From assembly GCA_049968255.1 (NCBI GenBank), contig JBMFRB010000008.1, positions 32,001 through 96,000 on the forward strand: 64,000 nucleotides of DNA. The letters run 5' to 3'. The notes under the pieces are model-generated. The model made no database searches and was not told the DNA's origin. It saw only the letters and a program-made list of their open reading frames with translations. Made by a program: the position numbers and the translations under genes. Shown piece after piece: positions 62,949-64,000 of this stretch; within the stretch, counting starts at the first letter, position 1; every line of letters starts with the position of its first letter. Origin of the DNA: Candidatus Sumerlaeaceae bacterium (GTDB lineage Bacteria > Sumerlaeota > Sumerlaeia > Sumerlaeales > Sumerlaeaceae).

Positions 62949-64000
62949 TTATCCCTGCCCTTCTTCTCTACGCGAGTCGATGGATTTGGGGACAGCTGCA
63001 AGGACGACCGGATCGTGCTCCTGCAGGTATTTCTCTGCAACACAGAGAAGGTCTTGGATATTTGTAGATTCCACCAGCCCCAGGTAACGATGATAAAGCT
63101 GATCAGACCCGGTGAGTGTCATGTAATAACCCATGACACCGCTTTGCCCGCTAGTGGTCTCTGTAGCGTAGTAAAAATCATTGCGGAGAATCCTCTTGGC
63201 CTTGGCAAGTTCGGCCTCCGAGGGAGTCATCTGTGGCAAACTTTGCACGATGAGGACAAATTCTTCGAGAGCTGCGTCCAGAACCTTGGCATCAAGCACC
63301 GCGTATCCGTAAGTCATCCCTGGCGCCTTGTGTGTTGAGAAGGTCATGCCCACATCTTCCACGAGGCCGAGATCTTCGCGGAGCCGCTGCATGAGGCGGC
63401 AGCTGCGCCCACTGCCAAGGATTGTTGTCAGAAGGTCGAGCGCCACGATCTCGCGCTCAGCTTCAATGCCAGGCCCAGGAAAAGACAGCGCGAGATAGGT
63501 CTCGTGGACGTCGCGGGGCACAACCAAACGGGTCCCCCGGTTGAAGGCCACCTCGCTTTGCGCAACCGGCCAAGGATTGTTAGTGGGTGCCATGTCGGAA
63601 AAGAAGCGCATGACTTCGGCAACCGCATTTTCGGGGTCAACGTCTCCCACGACAAGGATGGTTGTGGCGTCGGCCGTGTAAGTGCGACGGTAATAATCGA
63701 CCATCTGTTCGCGAGTCAGGCCCGAGATCGTCTCAAACGTCCCGATCACTGGTCGGCGGTAAGGTCCCTTTTCATACGTGAGCCGATAAAGCTCATCGAA
63801 AAGCCATCCCCATGGATCATCCTGCTTGCGGCGGTATTCCTCGAGGATAACTTGGCGCTCCTTTTCGAACTCGCCCGGATCAATGCTGGCATGTTGGATC
63901 ATGTCTGCAATCGCATCGAGGGCATCGTGAAAGTAGGGCGCGGCCACAGTCACGTAATAGTGGGTAAAATCCATCGACGTGCCGGCGTTCCAGACGCCGC
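62949..64000 (-). CDS. M16 family peptidase, partial (start outside the window)
   Basis: NAGTSMDFTHY, ERQVILEE, RPVIG, SCRL..LRE; frame open to the window end. Confidence 0.88.
   Translation of the reverse strand, partial: GVWNAGTSMDFTHYYVTVAAPYFHDALDAIADMIQHASIDPGEFEKERQVILEEYRRKQDDPWGWLFDELYRLTYEKGPYRRPVIGTFETISGLTREQMVDYYRRTYTADATTILVVGDVDPENAVAEVMRFFSDMAPTNNPWPVAQSEVAFNRGTRLVVPRDVHETYLALSFPGPGIEAEREIVALDLLTTILGSGRSCRLMQRLREDLGLVEDVGMTFSTHKAPGMTYGYAVLDAKVLDAALEEFVLIVQSLPQMTPSEAELAKAKRILRNDFYYATETTSGQSGVMGYYMTLTGSDQLYHRYLGLVESTNIQDLLCVAEKYLQEHDPVVLAAVPKSIDSRREEGQG

Overview
A roughly 57-60% GC (by eye) bacterial chromosomal segment packed with housekeeping, envelope and signalling genes. 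No mobile element, CRISPR array, rRNA or tRNA was recognised. The window appears to contain the replication origin. An AT-rich intergenic tract at about 49.53-49.90 kb carries six or more DnaA boxes, then a tandem box pair, a CC spacer and a DnaA-trio run. It lies about 9 kb from parA-parB and two parS palindromes, yet dnaA and dnaN are not in the window. The gene content (TolQ/R/A-like motor, ExeAB, AmpG, futalosine-pathway MqnD, McsAB, sigma54-driven glnA, secreted glycoside hydrolases) suggests a diderm from a poorly studied lineage. Sumerlaeota/BRC1 or PVC-like is my guess and is not demonstrated. The strongest candidate for an undescribed system is a receiver-domain protein fused to a HEPN-like domain with an intact RNPYIH (R-x4-H) motif. 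It sits at the end of a tsaD-mcsA-mcsB-rph run and may be a phosphorylation-gated ribonuclease. Other highlights are a TPR-LysM-YkuD protein with the catalytic Cys replaced by Trp, an AmpG-family permease with an inserted Ig/Calx-beta-like domain, a secreted EEP nuclease paired with an exported triple-OB-fold protein, a tandem-domain ThyX, a 29-aa bS22-like protein missed by the ORF track, and a nusA attenuator without rimP. All calls come from motif reading by eye; no database searches were run.
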